A stretch of 62,587 nt of DNA, filler included, from Squatina squatina (lineage: Eukaryota): NCBI GenBank assembly GCA_031763465.1. It is 4 parts of 3 records of this genome, joined end to end, with 100 filler letters (N's around TTAATTAATTAA, not from the genome) between each part and the next. Parts side by side here need not be neighbours in the genome. Positions count along the whole stretch, not along the records: positions 1 to 22,936 come from JARFOE010000004.1; positions 23,037 to 36,616 come from JARFOE010000189.1; 2 more parts are not named here. One strand, given 5' to 3'. The position numbers were made by a program, and so were the translations under genes. Shown in pieces: positions 13,194 to 24,245 of the stretch. Positions within the stretch are counted from its first letter, which is position 1. Each line of letters opens with the position of its first letter. Below the pieces are notes generated by a model. The model was not told the DNA's origin and searched no databases. It saw only the letters and a list, made by a program, of their open reading frames with translations.

Positions 13194-16100
13194 AACCCTG
13201 CCACAGACTATTGAGTTGGAGTGTTGTACTTACCAGCTTGTGGCAATTGCCTATTATATTCAAATAGAGCCCCCAAGTAACTCTTGCCGATGCTGTAACA
13301 CAAAACAACAATAATGGCAACAAGAATACTCCACCTTCTGGGGACCAAACGACAATGACCTTAGTGCAATCTGAAAGATAGCTGCCAGACAGGTTTNNNN
13401 NNNNNNNNNNNNNNNNNNNNNNNNNNNNNNNNNNNNNNNNNNNNNNNNNNNNNNNNNNNNNNNNNNNNNNNNNNNNNNNNNNNNNNNNNNNNNNNNNNNN
13501 NNNNNNNNNNNNNNNNNNNNNNNNNNNNNNNNNNNNNNNNNNNNNNNNNNNNNNNNNNNNNNNNNNNNNNNNNNNNNNNNNNNNNNNNNNNNNNNNNNNN
13601 NNNNNNNNNNNNNNNNNNNNNNNNNNNNNNNNNNNNNNNNNNNNNNNNNNNNNNNNNNNNNNNNNNNNNNNNNNNNNNNNNNNNNNNNNNNNNNNNNNNN
13701 NNNNNNNNNNNNNNNNNNNNNNNNNNNNNNNNNNNNNNNNNNNNNNNNNNNNNNNNNNNNNNNNNNNNNNNNNNNNNNNNNNNNNNNNNNNNNNNNNNNN
13801 NNNNNNNNNNNNNNNNNNNNNNNNNNNNNNNNNNNNNNNNNNNNNNNNNNNNNNNNNNNNNNNNNNNNNNNNNNNNNNNNNNNNNNNNNNNNNNNNNNNN
13901 NNNNNNNNNNNNNNNNNNNNNNNNNNNNNNNNNNNNNNNNNNNNNNNNNNNNNNNNNNNNNNNNNNNNNNNNNNNNNNNNNNNNNNNNNNNNNNNNNNNN
14001 NNNNNNNNNNNNNNNNNNNNNNNNNNNNNNNNNNNNNNNNNNNNNNNNNNNNNNNNNNNNNNNNNNNNNNNNNNNNNNNNNNNNNNNNNNNNNNNNNNNN
14101 NNNNNNNNNNNNNNNNNNNNNNNNNNNNNNNNNNNNNNNNNNNNNNNNNNNNNNNNNNNNNNNNNNNNNNNNNNNNNNNNNNNNNNNNNNNNNNNNNNNN
14201 NNNNNNNNNNNNNNNNNNNNNNNNNNNNNNNNNNNNNNNNNNNNNNNNNNNNNNNNNNNNNNNNNNNNNNNNNNNNNNNNNNNNNNNNNNNNNNNNNNNN
14301 NNNNNNNNNNNNNNNNNNNNNNNNNNNNNNNNNNNNNNNNNNNNNNNNNNNNNNNNNNNNNNNNNNNNTGATTCATTTAACATCTGGTTAAATTGATTGC
14401 CAGACCAAAAGATTAGGAAATAAATTCAAAACATAGATGGCACTTTATGATACTACTGGCCTATCATTACAAATTGATATTATGCCCATATGCCAGTGTG
14501 AAACGTCAACATATTTGTTTTGTTTTGTCATGGCCTAGAAGAAATGTCTTTGCTATAAAGTAGCTTTTATGATGATAAATTTCTTCATTGACACAACAGG
14601 AGTCTCAGTTCTGTGAGAAAAAGTCTCATTATTGAGAGTTATATAGGTTTTGCTTTGGTTTGACCTATAATATATTTACATGGAGATTCAATGAGCAGCA
14701 GAGCAACTTGGAGTCTGGTATATTGGGTCAAGTTACTTCTGGAATGGGACTTCATTAACAGCACCCCCATCCCCATGACTTATTTCAGACATGTTTTGAT
14801 TGCTATCTCAGTAAAGCAGAATAAATACAGGTAACATTCAACAGTAGCACTTCTGCAAAATATGTCTTTGGGGCAATTTGTAGATTTTAACAGCTGATTC
14901 CGTTCTCATTTATAATATTTATGAAATAAACCGAAAGGACAACAGGGTCAGGTTTAACCAGTTATGAAATTGAAATTAAAATAATAATGAAGTGTTGATT
15001 CCACCCTGATTTTCTTATAAATGTGATCTTAAACAATCCTGACCCATCATTGGTTCATTGTGTCTATGCTGAAGTTAGTTTTCTGGGGTACTAATTGTAA
15101 TCATTTAGAATGTTTAAAATCAACATTGAAATTCAGTTTTCTTATTTGACTCATAAAAATGATCAGAGTTTCTCTTGAATTACATCTCTTTAGAGGCATA
15201 CTGTCCAGTAACTTGTCTGGCAAGATAAATACAGACACACTTAATGACATTATGGCTTTCTGGTCTCATCCCACCAGTTTTCTAGAGTCTCAAGGGTGGA
15301 CAAGGCCGAATATGTCTTTGGGGACAGGTACCACCATGTCGTGCCTCCCCACGTTNNNNNNNNNNNNGCAAATCACACGGAAATGAGGGAAGCAAGCCTC
15401 CACCATGCTGTGATCTATTTTCCCAGTTTTAATGCACCTATTAGGTCCCAACATCCAATGTTCAAAGATTGGGGGGCAGGGGTCTTGGGGATTCAATCAC
15501 AGAGGGGCATGTGCAAGTACTCTCAGAGTATGGCTGTGCACAGGCCCAAAGCAGCAGGAAATAGAATTTAGGGGGAAAATTATTTTCTTCATGCAGCTCA
15601 GCAGCTGTCTTCCTCCTGCTGCTGCTGCTGCTCACAAGCTGAGGCCTGTTGCAGTAAGGCATTGCCCCCAATCTGATGTAACTCCAGTAAAGGGCTGCCT
15701 CCAGCATTCAAGTGACCCTAGGGCCAGAAATTTGGACACATCTCCATGGCTGTCCCATTCCATCGGAGAGGCTCCCCAACTAAGCCAACTGCTCTAAAAC
15801 AATAATGCTAGAAAAACAAATTGCAAAGTTCATCCTTCAGTAGTTACAGACTCGACTGCAACACAAACTTTTCCCAGAAGCCTGCATTGGCACTGTTTGA
15901 ACAGACATTCCATGTAGGCTGCTTCTGCAGGGACCAGGGATGGAGCCGAACAGAAAACTCCCCAATAAGGCCACACTATCCCTGTAACATATGTGTTCTG
16001 CACAGCATGCATCAAATAAAACATATCCAACAAACATAAATAATTAAACAGATACCAGGGCAAATTAATATGCAGGTGAATTCTATCCAAGAAGCATTCT

Positions 16101-17344
16101 TTTTAATCCTAAACACTGTTTTCCTTCCTTGAAAGCGAATAAGCTTAAGATAAATAGACTGTGGCATACAATATCACAATATGTCAATCGCTTTCTCTTT
16201 CTGTAATGTTTCCCTCAAGCTGCTACACGCTGACAAACTATCCTCATATTTACAGGGACTGTTTGGGGTTTTTTTCCTTGCGAGCTTCCTGTTAATGGAT
16301 CAACATCCCAAGCAGCAGATCAGTATTGTTTCCTGATTTAATTATACATTAATTTTAGTGTTTTTTTTGGTCATATGCTATATGTACATGGTTAGTTTTT
16401 ATTGATATTAATTTGTTTCAGAATTTGTACAGCATTTGGTTTCTGAGTAACTATTAATAATTTAACAACTTCAGTCAGCAGGGTGTCAATAATATGTTGA
16501 AGTGAACTTTGCTTGGATAAATTTAAAATATACTGTGAACTGGATTAGATTTGGGGTTTAGCCAGTTCTGAATTAATTATTGGAAAGAATGTAGATGTTA
16601 TTTAAATTAGATTGTACAACGCAACACCCAAGCCATATAGTGAAATATTCTGTTTGAATGGTTCTCAGAAGTCAATGCACAATATCAGCATGTCCTTGCA
16701 CAATATATGCAATTGAGGCATAATGATGATTGTCATCACAGTATGAATATGAAAGTGAATCTCAATTAAAGGCATCATGTTTTAACATTTGACACTACAA
16801 TCAAAATATTTGCTCATTTCAAGTATTGCCTGACCACATAGCTTTAATGCCATTGCACATAGCTTTATACAGTCGAGGTTAAAAGCATTGTGTTGCCACA
16901 TTTGTTCATTCTGAATTCTTCTTTTAGTTGTGACTTTGTTGTACTACCACACTGTCTGATCTGTTGTACAAAATGCAATACTTTGTTTCATTGTGGTCTG
17001 ATTTTATAACATGCTGGGCTATTAGAAGTCCTTACAGGTATGATAGAAAAGGCATCAAAAATACAACGATTCCCTATGCCAATGTTATTCCCAGGTGGAC
17101 AAGGAAGAGATTGATCAATAGAAAACTCTGAAATCCTGGGGTCTGTGTTCACATTCCTGCTCGGTCTGGCTTACATGCAAATCTGCCACTGCATGCGGCC
17201 GTGTCGCAATGCTGAATCAGGAAGTGTGAAATGTACAATCTACTTTCCACTTTGCTTAGGTAGAGCAACTTGCAGAATTTTTTTAGATATGAAAACAACA
17301 AATACTGTAAATGCCAATTTTCTATAAATGACTCAATTTGTTGA

Positions 17345-17400
17345 AATAAAATGATTTTTTAAAATGAGAACATTTTGTAACTTGTTAGGTGTTTTTTGTT
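17345..17400 (+). terminator. Candidate distal polyadenylation signal for the EXT1-like gene
   Basis: AATAAA at 17345-17350, followed about 30 nt later by a GT/T-rich element (TTGTTAGGTGTTTTTTGTT). Other AATAAA hexamers lie upstream. Confidence 0.3.
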
Positions 17401-18610
17401 CAAGTTGAACAGCCAAGTAGTAGGTCAGGCGCTTGCATCAATCATCTACTGAGTCATGCTTGAGTCGCAGCAACCAGGAGAGTCGNNNNNNNNNNNNNNN
17501 NNNNNNNNNNNNNNNNNNNNNNNNNNNNNNNNNNNNNNNNNNNNNNNNNNNNNNNNNNNNNNNNNNNNNNNNNNNNNNNNNNNNNATTTCAGAGGAATAT
17601 AAGCAATTGTGTAGTTGAGTAGGTTCGTTATTGAGACTCCTTTAACTGCTTCTGGCCTTGTTAAACGTTTGGAAGTGACTGACCAGTGTGCATGAACTTC
17701 AGCAGAGACCCATGTTTAGGATCAGTCAGAGACCTGGACTGCAGAAGCAAATGAGGTTCTATTATTGCATAATGTGTACACAGAAAAATCCAGATTGACA
17801 TTTTCTATTATAGGAGGAAATTTAAATTCTTCAGCTCCATGTAAAGCTTATTTATGTTGATTTGCTGAATGTCAGATCATCCATCATGTGATACGAAATA
17901 AGTTAAAAGGAAATCTAGAATTGGTTTATCACAGACCTTAGTCAGAAAGTGAGAGAAAAAGTGAAATAAAGAGAAATTGCCAAATAATGAGAAGGAACAT
18001 GATACGACAGAACTGACACTGAGCAGAAGAGATGTGCTGTGGATACTCTGGCTCGACACAGAAAGTAATGGGGAAAAATAAATAGCTGGCAAATGATTTC
18101 ATCACTTTATGGCATGTCCGTTAGGAATGTTGCATAAACCTGAGAAGACCTACGTCAGTAAAGATCAGAAAGATGAATCGAAGCCTGATCAGCCCCCCAG
18201 GCAGAGTGAAATTTCTTCATTCGCTTTCCATTAAATATTACAGGCAATCTGTTACTGTACAGTCCACTCAATCAAAAATTATAATCTAAGGACAGTTTAT
18301 CACATTAGACGGAAGGTTTATGAAAATTTTAAAAGAAACAAAAGCTGAAATGGAAATGTGGCATAGTGCTAAAGGGCTCAATTCATATTCTGGTGGTCGG
18401 TTCCCAGGGTAGACTGCAATTCATGCCCAACAGCCACTATGTATTAAGTTGTCACAGGACACAGCCAGATTTCTTGACAAGATGTGCATTTTAATACAAT
18501 TAAATTCCCATGGATGAAAATCCTATCCAGCACACGCTTTTTCACAATTCTGCAGACTCAAGTATGGTATCAAAGCAGTTTGCCTGGCCATGTTGATGCA
18601 GTGTCTGTAG

Positions 18611-18743
18611 ACCGTTCAGGAGTGAAATCAGGCCGCACCTTTTCACAGAAAGGGTAGTAGAAATCTGGAATTTTCTCCCTTCACACACTGTGGATGCTGA
18701 GACAATTGGATCTATCAAGACTGAGATCGATAGATTTTTGTTA
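18611..18743 (+). mobile_element. CR1 LINE ORF2 C-terminal fragment
   Basis: PFRSEIRPHLFTERVVEIWNFLP...VDAETIGSIKTEIDRFL, the CR1 ORF2 tail motif. Confidence 0.8.
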
Positions 18744-20475
18744 NNNNNNNNNNNNNNNNNNNNNNNNNNNNNNNNNNNNNNNNNNNNNNNNNNNNNNNNN
18801 NNNNNNNNNNNNNNNNNNNNNNNNNNNNNNNNNNNNNNNNNNNGTCTCCCCGGGTGCGTGGGAACATCGTTCTCACCCGGGGAGATCGTAATTTCAGGCC
18901 CATTGTCTCACGTGCCATTACGCATGGAAGGGAGAAGAGAAACTTTTGTCAGAATTTGCAAATACTATTACTAGCACCCAAATGCATTTACAATATGGTT
19001 ATAAATTAGTGCATAAGTTGCCCTTGGCCAGGAAATCACCATAGATTTCTGAGAAAGTCATGCTGCAGCGTAACGGTAACAAAGGAGTTCTGTTGCTGTG
19101 ATAGAACTGTTGGGTTATAATGCCACCTAGTGAAATGTTGGGTCCCTCCATTATTAAAAACAATGTTCAGAATAAGATTGCACCACAGATGATCACTGCT
19201 AACTAAAACTATGAATCACAACCCCTGAACAACCACCAATATGCTTTGGAATATCACCCTGCTCCATCTTCTCCAGAGGAAAAATATAAATATTGACAGA
19301 ATAGTTAACTTAAGTGTTCCGTTGGAGAAGTATTCAGTAGCAGATTGTCACCGAGTAAATATTTCCATTTGGAGATTCGGCAGATGTGGAGAGAATTACA
19401 CCTGCGACAAGGTTATTTTCGATGGGTTCATAAAACTAAACACAATTGACCTTTGTGAGCGCTTCTTGCATCCTAGATCTAAAAATGTAGAAATTTCAAG
19501 CAAAAATTATGGCTGCAAGACAGAATTCATTTCAGAGGGGCCACTATACCAATTTTAAAACATCACTGTACAAAATAGGCAGGAAAAATTAATCAATTCA
19601 AATTTAATGACATTCCTTCTATTAAAAAAATTAAACTATTACATTATTATAGTGGTTGATTCTGTTTTACTAGGAAAGGCATACCCTCATACAGTGAATA
19701 TTAGACATGAATTATGTGATTTTAATTGTTTTTATTACTTGTCATCTAATTCACGAAATTGTACAGTAAATGGAAAAAATGCTTAGTTAGAAACTCAAAT
19801 CCTGGTGGGGATGTGATTTTAAAAATAAATCACTTTCTGATATTAAAATGATAAATTCAAGTTCAATAAACTGCAGTGTTCAAGCTGTCACATATTTGTG
19901 TCATATTTACTCGAGCCTTTTGCCTGTCACAGGGCTTGGCAGTACAGCTGGTTAAAATTGTAGCTTCTGTCATGGCTGCATTTTCAGTTTCAAAAGCTAA
20001 TTAAATTCTTATAGTCACCAGTGAGAAGATTTGGCAGAGTACCTCGATAACTCTACGCCTAGTACATTCTCTACTCTTGAAGGCTTAGCCCAGAGAGACT
20101 GTGAATAAGAGAAGATAGCTTACTAGTGTTCAAATACTTCTCTAATGTTTGGTTGAGATGCATTGTTAGAGGAATGTAATAGAGCTTACATTCCTGAACA
20201 GCAGCCATCCCAGGAGTACTTATTACTGCTTGCAATGGTGGAATAGCGCTCCACTCTCTGAAACTGTCACTCCTTGTCGTAATGNNNNNNNNNNNNNNNN
20301 NNNNNNNNNNNNNNNNNNNNNNNNNNNNNNNNNNNNNNNNNNNNNNNNNNNNNNNNNNNNNNNNNNNNNNNNNNNNNNNNNNNNGGTTTTCATATTTTTA
20401 AGAGTAGTGCCACTCGGTCATGCATTTTCATACTATTATTTTGTTAAATATTTCAGGAAATTCTATTTGCATATA

Positions 20476-20589
20476 TTCCTACATTGCAACAGTGACTATG
20501 CTTCAAAAGTACTTTATTGGCTGTAAAACGCTTTGGGATGTCCAAAGGTTGTGAAAAGTGCTATACAAATGCAAGTCTTTCTTTTCTTT
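20476..20589 (+). mobile_element. DeuSINE-like 3' tail
   Basis: TTCCTACATTGCAACAGTGACTATGCTTCAAAAGTAC...GCTATACAAATGCAAGTCTTTCTTT, matching the tails of the other copies. Confidence 0.75.
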
Positions 20590-21059
20590 AATTGTTTTTG
20601 CAAGTTTCGTGTGAAAACAGGCTGTTACAGTAGATAATAAGAAAACAACAACAGGTGAGCATTGTTCTGTAAAAGGAAGGAAGTCTCCCCTTTTACTTCC
20701 ATAAAGAGAACATCTGGAATCCGAACTGNNNNNNNNNNCTGAGCACACAACATGTTTTACGTTTCATCGCCCCTTCCCAAACATTTAAGTAATCTGAAAA
20801 ATGGACCATGGGAAAGAGAAATTAACTGATGAGAATTATTTTTAACTACAATTTCCTTTTTGAATTTTGCTTCTGAATTGCTTCAATGAATGCTGGTTCA
20901 AGTAGGAAATGCAGATATCTGATTACACGCAAACAACACTCAAGAAATGAACTGCTCTGGAACTGGCAATCAGTCACCGACTTAACAATAGACAAAGTTC
21001 CAAACTTATTAAAAACTGTTCTTCAGTTTTGAAGGTAAAAAGAAATATTGTGAAGGATG

Positions 21060-21160
21060 GCAATCTGGAATACAAACAGAAAATGTTGGGAATACACAGC
21101 AGGTCAATTAGCAGGTTGCTGACCAATCTGTTGTGCATGTCTAGCATTTCTGTCCTTAGC
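21060..21160. mobile_element. Penelope-like element terminal remnant in inverted (fold-back) arrangement
   Basis: ACAGAAAATGTTGGGAATACACAGCAGG ... TCTGTTGTGCATGTCTAGCATTTCTGT is an imperfect inverted repeat. The left arm resembles 61355-61390. Confidence 0.55.
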
Positions 21161-21704
21161 TCCTGTTTTAAGTTTGATAAAATATTGTTTAATTCCTTCT
21201 TTCTCTTTGTTGTTCTGCCCCATTATGCCACTGCAGCTTTTTCTTCTGGGTAGCAGTGCCTCGTTCATAAAGCTCCTGAACTGACCTGCTGATGCCCAGT
21301 CCAAGTTGAAGAAAACATCCAGTTTAGCCACCATCCACCTGACCGACAGACACATTTATCATGTGATTCAAAATGTTAACTTTAGCAGGCAAACCTTCCT
21401 CACTAGATCAAGGCATTGTGATGTCTCTGTGCACTCCCCCGTTGTCTATGATGTAGAGCAGTCACCAGCACCCTATTAATTATTTCATGATGTAGTTAAC
21501 AGGCATATGATATCATTTTAAAATACCGCACGGAGGAAAGGCTATGATGGGTTCCGAAGTAAATTTAATAAATCTTACCCAGTTTATATAAAGATTCGTG
21601 TCTGCTTGTCATGTACACCAGCAGATATAAAATTTGTTCTGTATCCACTTGACTGTTCTGGTATCAATTAAGAGTCTGATTGCGAATACTGTAGACTCCT
21701 AGAT

Positions 21705-21906
21705 CACAGAATCATAGAACGATACAGCACAGAAGGAGGCCTTTCGTCCCATCGTGCCTGTGCAAGCTCTTTGAAAGAGCTATCCAACTAGGCCCACTTC
21801 CCTGCCCTTTCCCCATAGCCCTGCAAATAATCCCCCTTCAAGTATTTATCCAATTCCCTTTTGAAGGTTATAAATCTGTTTCCATCATCCTTTCAGGCAG
21901 TGCATT
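21705..21906 (-). mobile_element. CR1-type LINE/SINE 3' tail (different subfamily)
   Basis: CACAGAATCATAGAA terminal repeat and ACAGCACAGAAGGAGGCC..TCG.CCCATC. This is the reverse of the ATTCTRTG-type CR1 tail. Confidence 0.7.
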
Positions 21907-22435
21907 NNNNNNNNNNNNNNNNNNNNNNNNNNNNNNNNNNNNNNNNNNNNNNNNNNNNNNNNNNNNNNNNNNNNNNNNNNNNNNNNNNNNNNNNNNNNNN
22001 NNNNNNAAACTAACACCCTGTGGCACTGATTCAGTTCAGAAGACCACGCAGAGGGAGCCACTTAAAGCAGACACCAGATTGGACACAGGTAAGTGCCAGA
22101 TCTGATATTGTTTTTAATAGCAAATTAAATGTCATTCTCAAATAAATCTCATTGCCTGGGACACAAACTTATAACAACCCTTTCGTAATAGTTTGATGCA
22201 TATCTCAGCATGTACGTGGTTTTTCATAGCAGCTTCAGATGGTTAATGGCTCTTTACCTATATTTCAGACTTATCTGGAGATATAAAGTTCAAATCATGA
22301 AATGTTTTCTGTTACTTTAATTAGAGGCTAGAAGGTTAAATAAATAGATAAATATGTTTTCTTAAGGAAGTATAAAAAAAGTCCCATATGCAATTTTATA
22401 GTAGTTTTTTCATTATTGATGTTCTGATGAATCCC

Positions 22436-22700
22436 CGCAATGGCTCAGCAAGTTTATAAAGTGAGTCACAGAACCGTACAGATCACAAAGGTCTCGGGTT
22501 CAATCTTTGGTCTGTACTGATCTAGCTGATCCCAGCCAGCATGCCATTTGGGATGCTACAATTGAACTCAACCGTTCTGAGGTTGGAGAGGGGAATGGCA
22601 GTCAGGAGGTCCACTTCTGATTGTTTTCCAGCAATTCCTGCTGGAAAATGTGGGTGATGCCACCTGTGGATGAACAGTCAGCTAACTGGGCTCACGTGCC
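22436..22700 (+). mobile_element. tRNA-derived SINE, second family (not Deu)
   Basis: A-box-like TGGCTCAG and B-box-like GGTTCAATC. The body is related to the reverse-strand copies at 28940-29185 and 35190-35345. Confidence 0.55.
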
Positions 22701-22936
22701 TTTCATTTTTTTGTCAGCTGCATATATGACATACACAAAAGCTTATTTAAGAGCCCTTAGAATGTTGCTGCTCGCCCCAGAACAAAGGTGACACTTACCT
22801 TTATCATCTCCATGGCCTTGCTACCTGCTGCTCTCAGATCCTCCGATCTAAGCCAGGCTGGGCACAGGGTCTAACACCTGTCTAGATTTATCAGTAGCTT
22901 GAGACTCTTAAATATGGTTTCCCGTACGGTTGAGGC

Positions 22937-23036
22937 NNNNNNNNNNNNNNNNNNNNNNNNNNNNNNNNNNNNNNNNNNNNTTAATTAATTAANNNNNNNN
23001 NNNNNNNNNNNNNNNNNNNNNNNNNNNNNNNNNNNN
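22937..23036. other. Artificial scaffold-joining spacer
   Basis: 44 N + TTAATTAATTAA (22981-22992; stop codons in all six frames) + 44 N. Confidence 0.97.
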
Positions 23037-24136
23037 CTTATTAATAATTAAATACTGCAATTTCCAGTCAAGGACAGCACTTCCAAGCTGATGAAAATGT
23101 GCTACAAGTTACTCGAATTAGCTGGAGGCTTGCAGGAAACAATGGGCATAATTGAGATTGTGGGGAGAAAAGGGGTCGGGTGAGTGAGGGAAAATCTTCC
23201 TGTGGGTGCTTTTCCCCCCTCCACAATATTGTGCTCTTGTTCAGGATTTAAAGAACTTTGAAATAATGCTGGCAGATGGTATTGAATTTTACGCTGGTCG
23301 TGAAAGGAAAGTTTTTTTTTCTAAAAAGGAAAACCCTGTTCCTTCAGTCTAACTGCAGACCCTGAAGATGTCAATGAATTGTAAGTATTTGGCTAGTGCA
23401 GAGCTGTATGGGACAGAGGTACAGAGCGACCACGTGTTAATCCTCTTTGTAATGCATCTGTTGCTAGTCTCCATTGACATAAAGCGAAATTGTAGTAAAT
23501 GTTCATACGGCCTTATTTAATGCCCTCTAGCACTCCGCTTTTTTCATAGTGGGATAAAATTTACAAAATTCCTGCCTGGCTTATTGACCTCAAAGGGAAA
23601 GAAAATACATTGCATTAAATTGATCATTTTATAAAAATGCATTTATAAATATTAAAAACCAAAATGTAATTTTTTGAAAAATAAACATGGTTTAAAGGGG
23701 CTGAAAAATAACCTTATCTTATTGTACAGATTTTTAAGTATTTAAATGATTGTTTGTGGTTTCTGACATGTGGGGAAATTAAGAACTAAATAAAGGCTTA
23801 CAAAAAACAAGTAAAATTAACTTGAAAATAGGAAACTTTTTAAGACATGGGCCTTACAAAAATAAACCAGTGTCAGAAAGCGCACATTAAACAGATACAA
23901 AAGACAGTCCAAACATCTGTCACTCTAGTAAAAACCTTTGCAAATAACTTCAGTTGTCCCATTGTAAAGTATGCAAGCTACCATCAAAGTTTAACTAATG
24001 GTCAGTCCTTAAACAAAGATTTGCATAAGAAAGGTTAGAAACATTTAATTGTTCAATTAGATAACAGCCGCTTTTATTTTCCCTTGCTATAATGATAACT
24101 GCCATTTAGCATTACACTCAATGCAATTTAACTTAC

Positions 24137-24245
24137 CTTCTGTTTCCGATGCACCATCATCATCAGTCTTAAACTGTGGCCTTGCTACAGCTAGTGCTGC
24201 CATGGTTAACATGGCCCAGCAGACCAAGTAACAGCAACTAGGCAT
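24137..24245 (-). CDS. FGFR2: FGFR2-like receptor, first coding exon (signal peptide); whole exon 24137-24372
   Basis: Acceptor TTTTTCTTTTTGCAG (exon starts 24372) and donor GAAG|GTAAGT (exon ends 24137). ATG at 24245 gives MPSCCYLVCWAMLTMAALAVARPQFKTDDDGASETE + 1 nt = 109 coding nt, phase 1. This is the geometry recalled for human FGFR2 exon 2 ([36 protein letters not shown]). The leader CAGATGGGATTA..GTCCA.ATGGAG also matches the FGFR2 5' leader as recalled. Confidence 0.75.

Noticed and set aside
19121-19133. CTCF-like motif TGCCACCTAGTGA (weaker ones near 23521 and 45960)
   Set aside because: Imperfect short motif matches that cannot be supported without ChIP or conservation data.
22793-22820. 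Minus-strand GCCATGG Kozak + MEMIK + AAG|GTAAGT as a first coding exon; also a + strand CAG|GTAAGT at 22089
   Set aside because: No recognisable homology or partner exon. A few such donor matches are expected by chance in 62 kb.
22981-22992. TTAATTAATTAA as a homeodomain site or piggyBac target
   Set aside because: It occurs three times, each exactly centred in 88 N, so it is a pipeline linker.
24137-24245. FGFR1 assignment
   Set aside because: The W-A-x-L segment is FGFR1-like, but the exon coding length (109 nt), the TMA motif and the MGL leader fit FGFR2 better. Not fully excluded.
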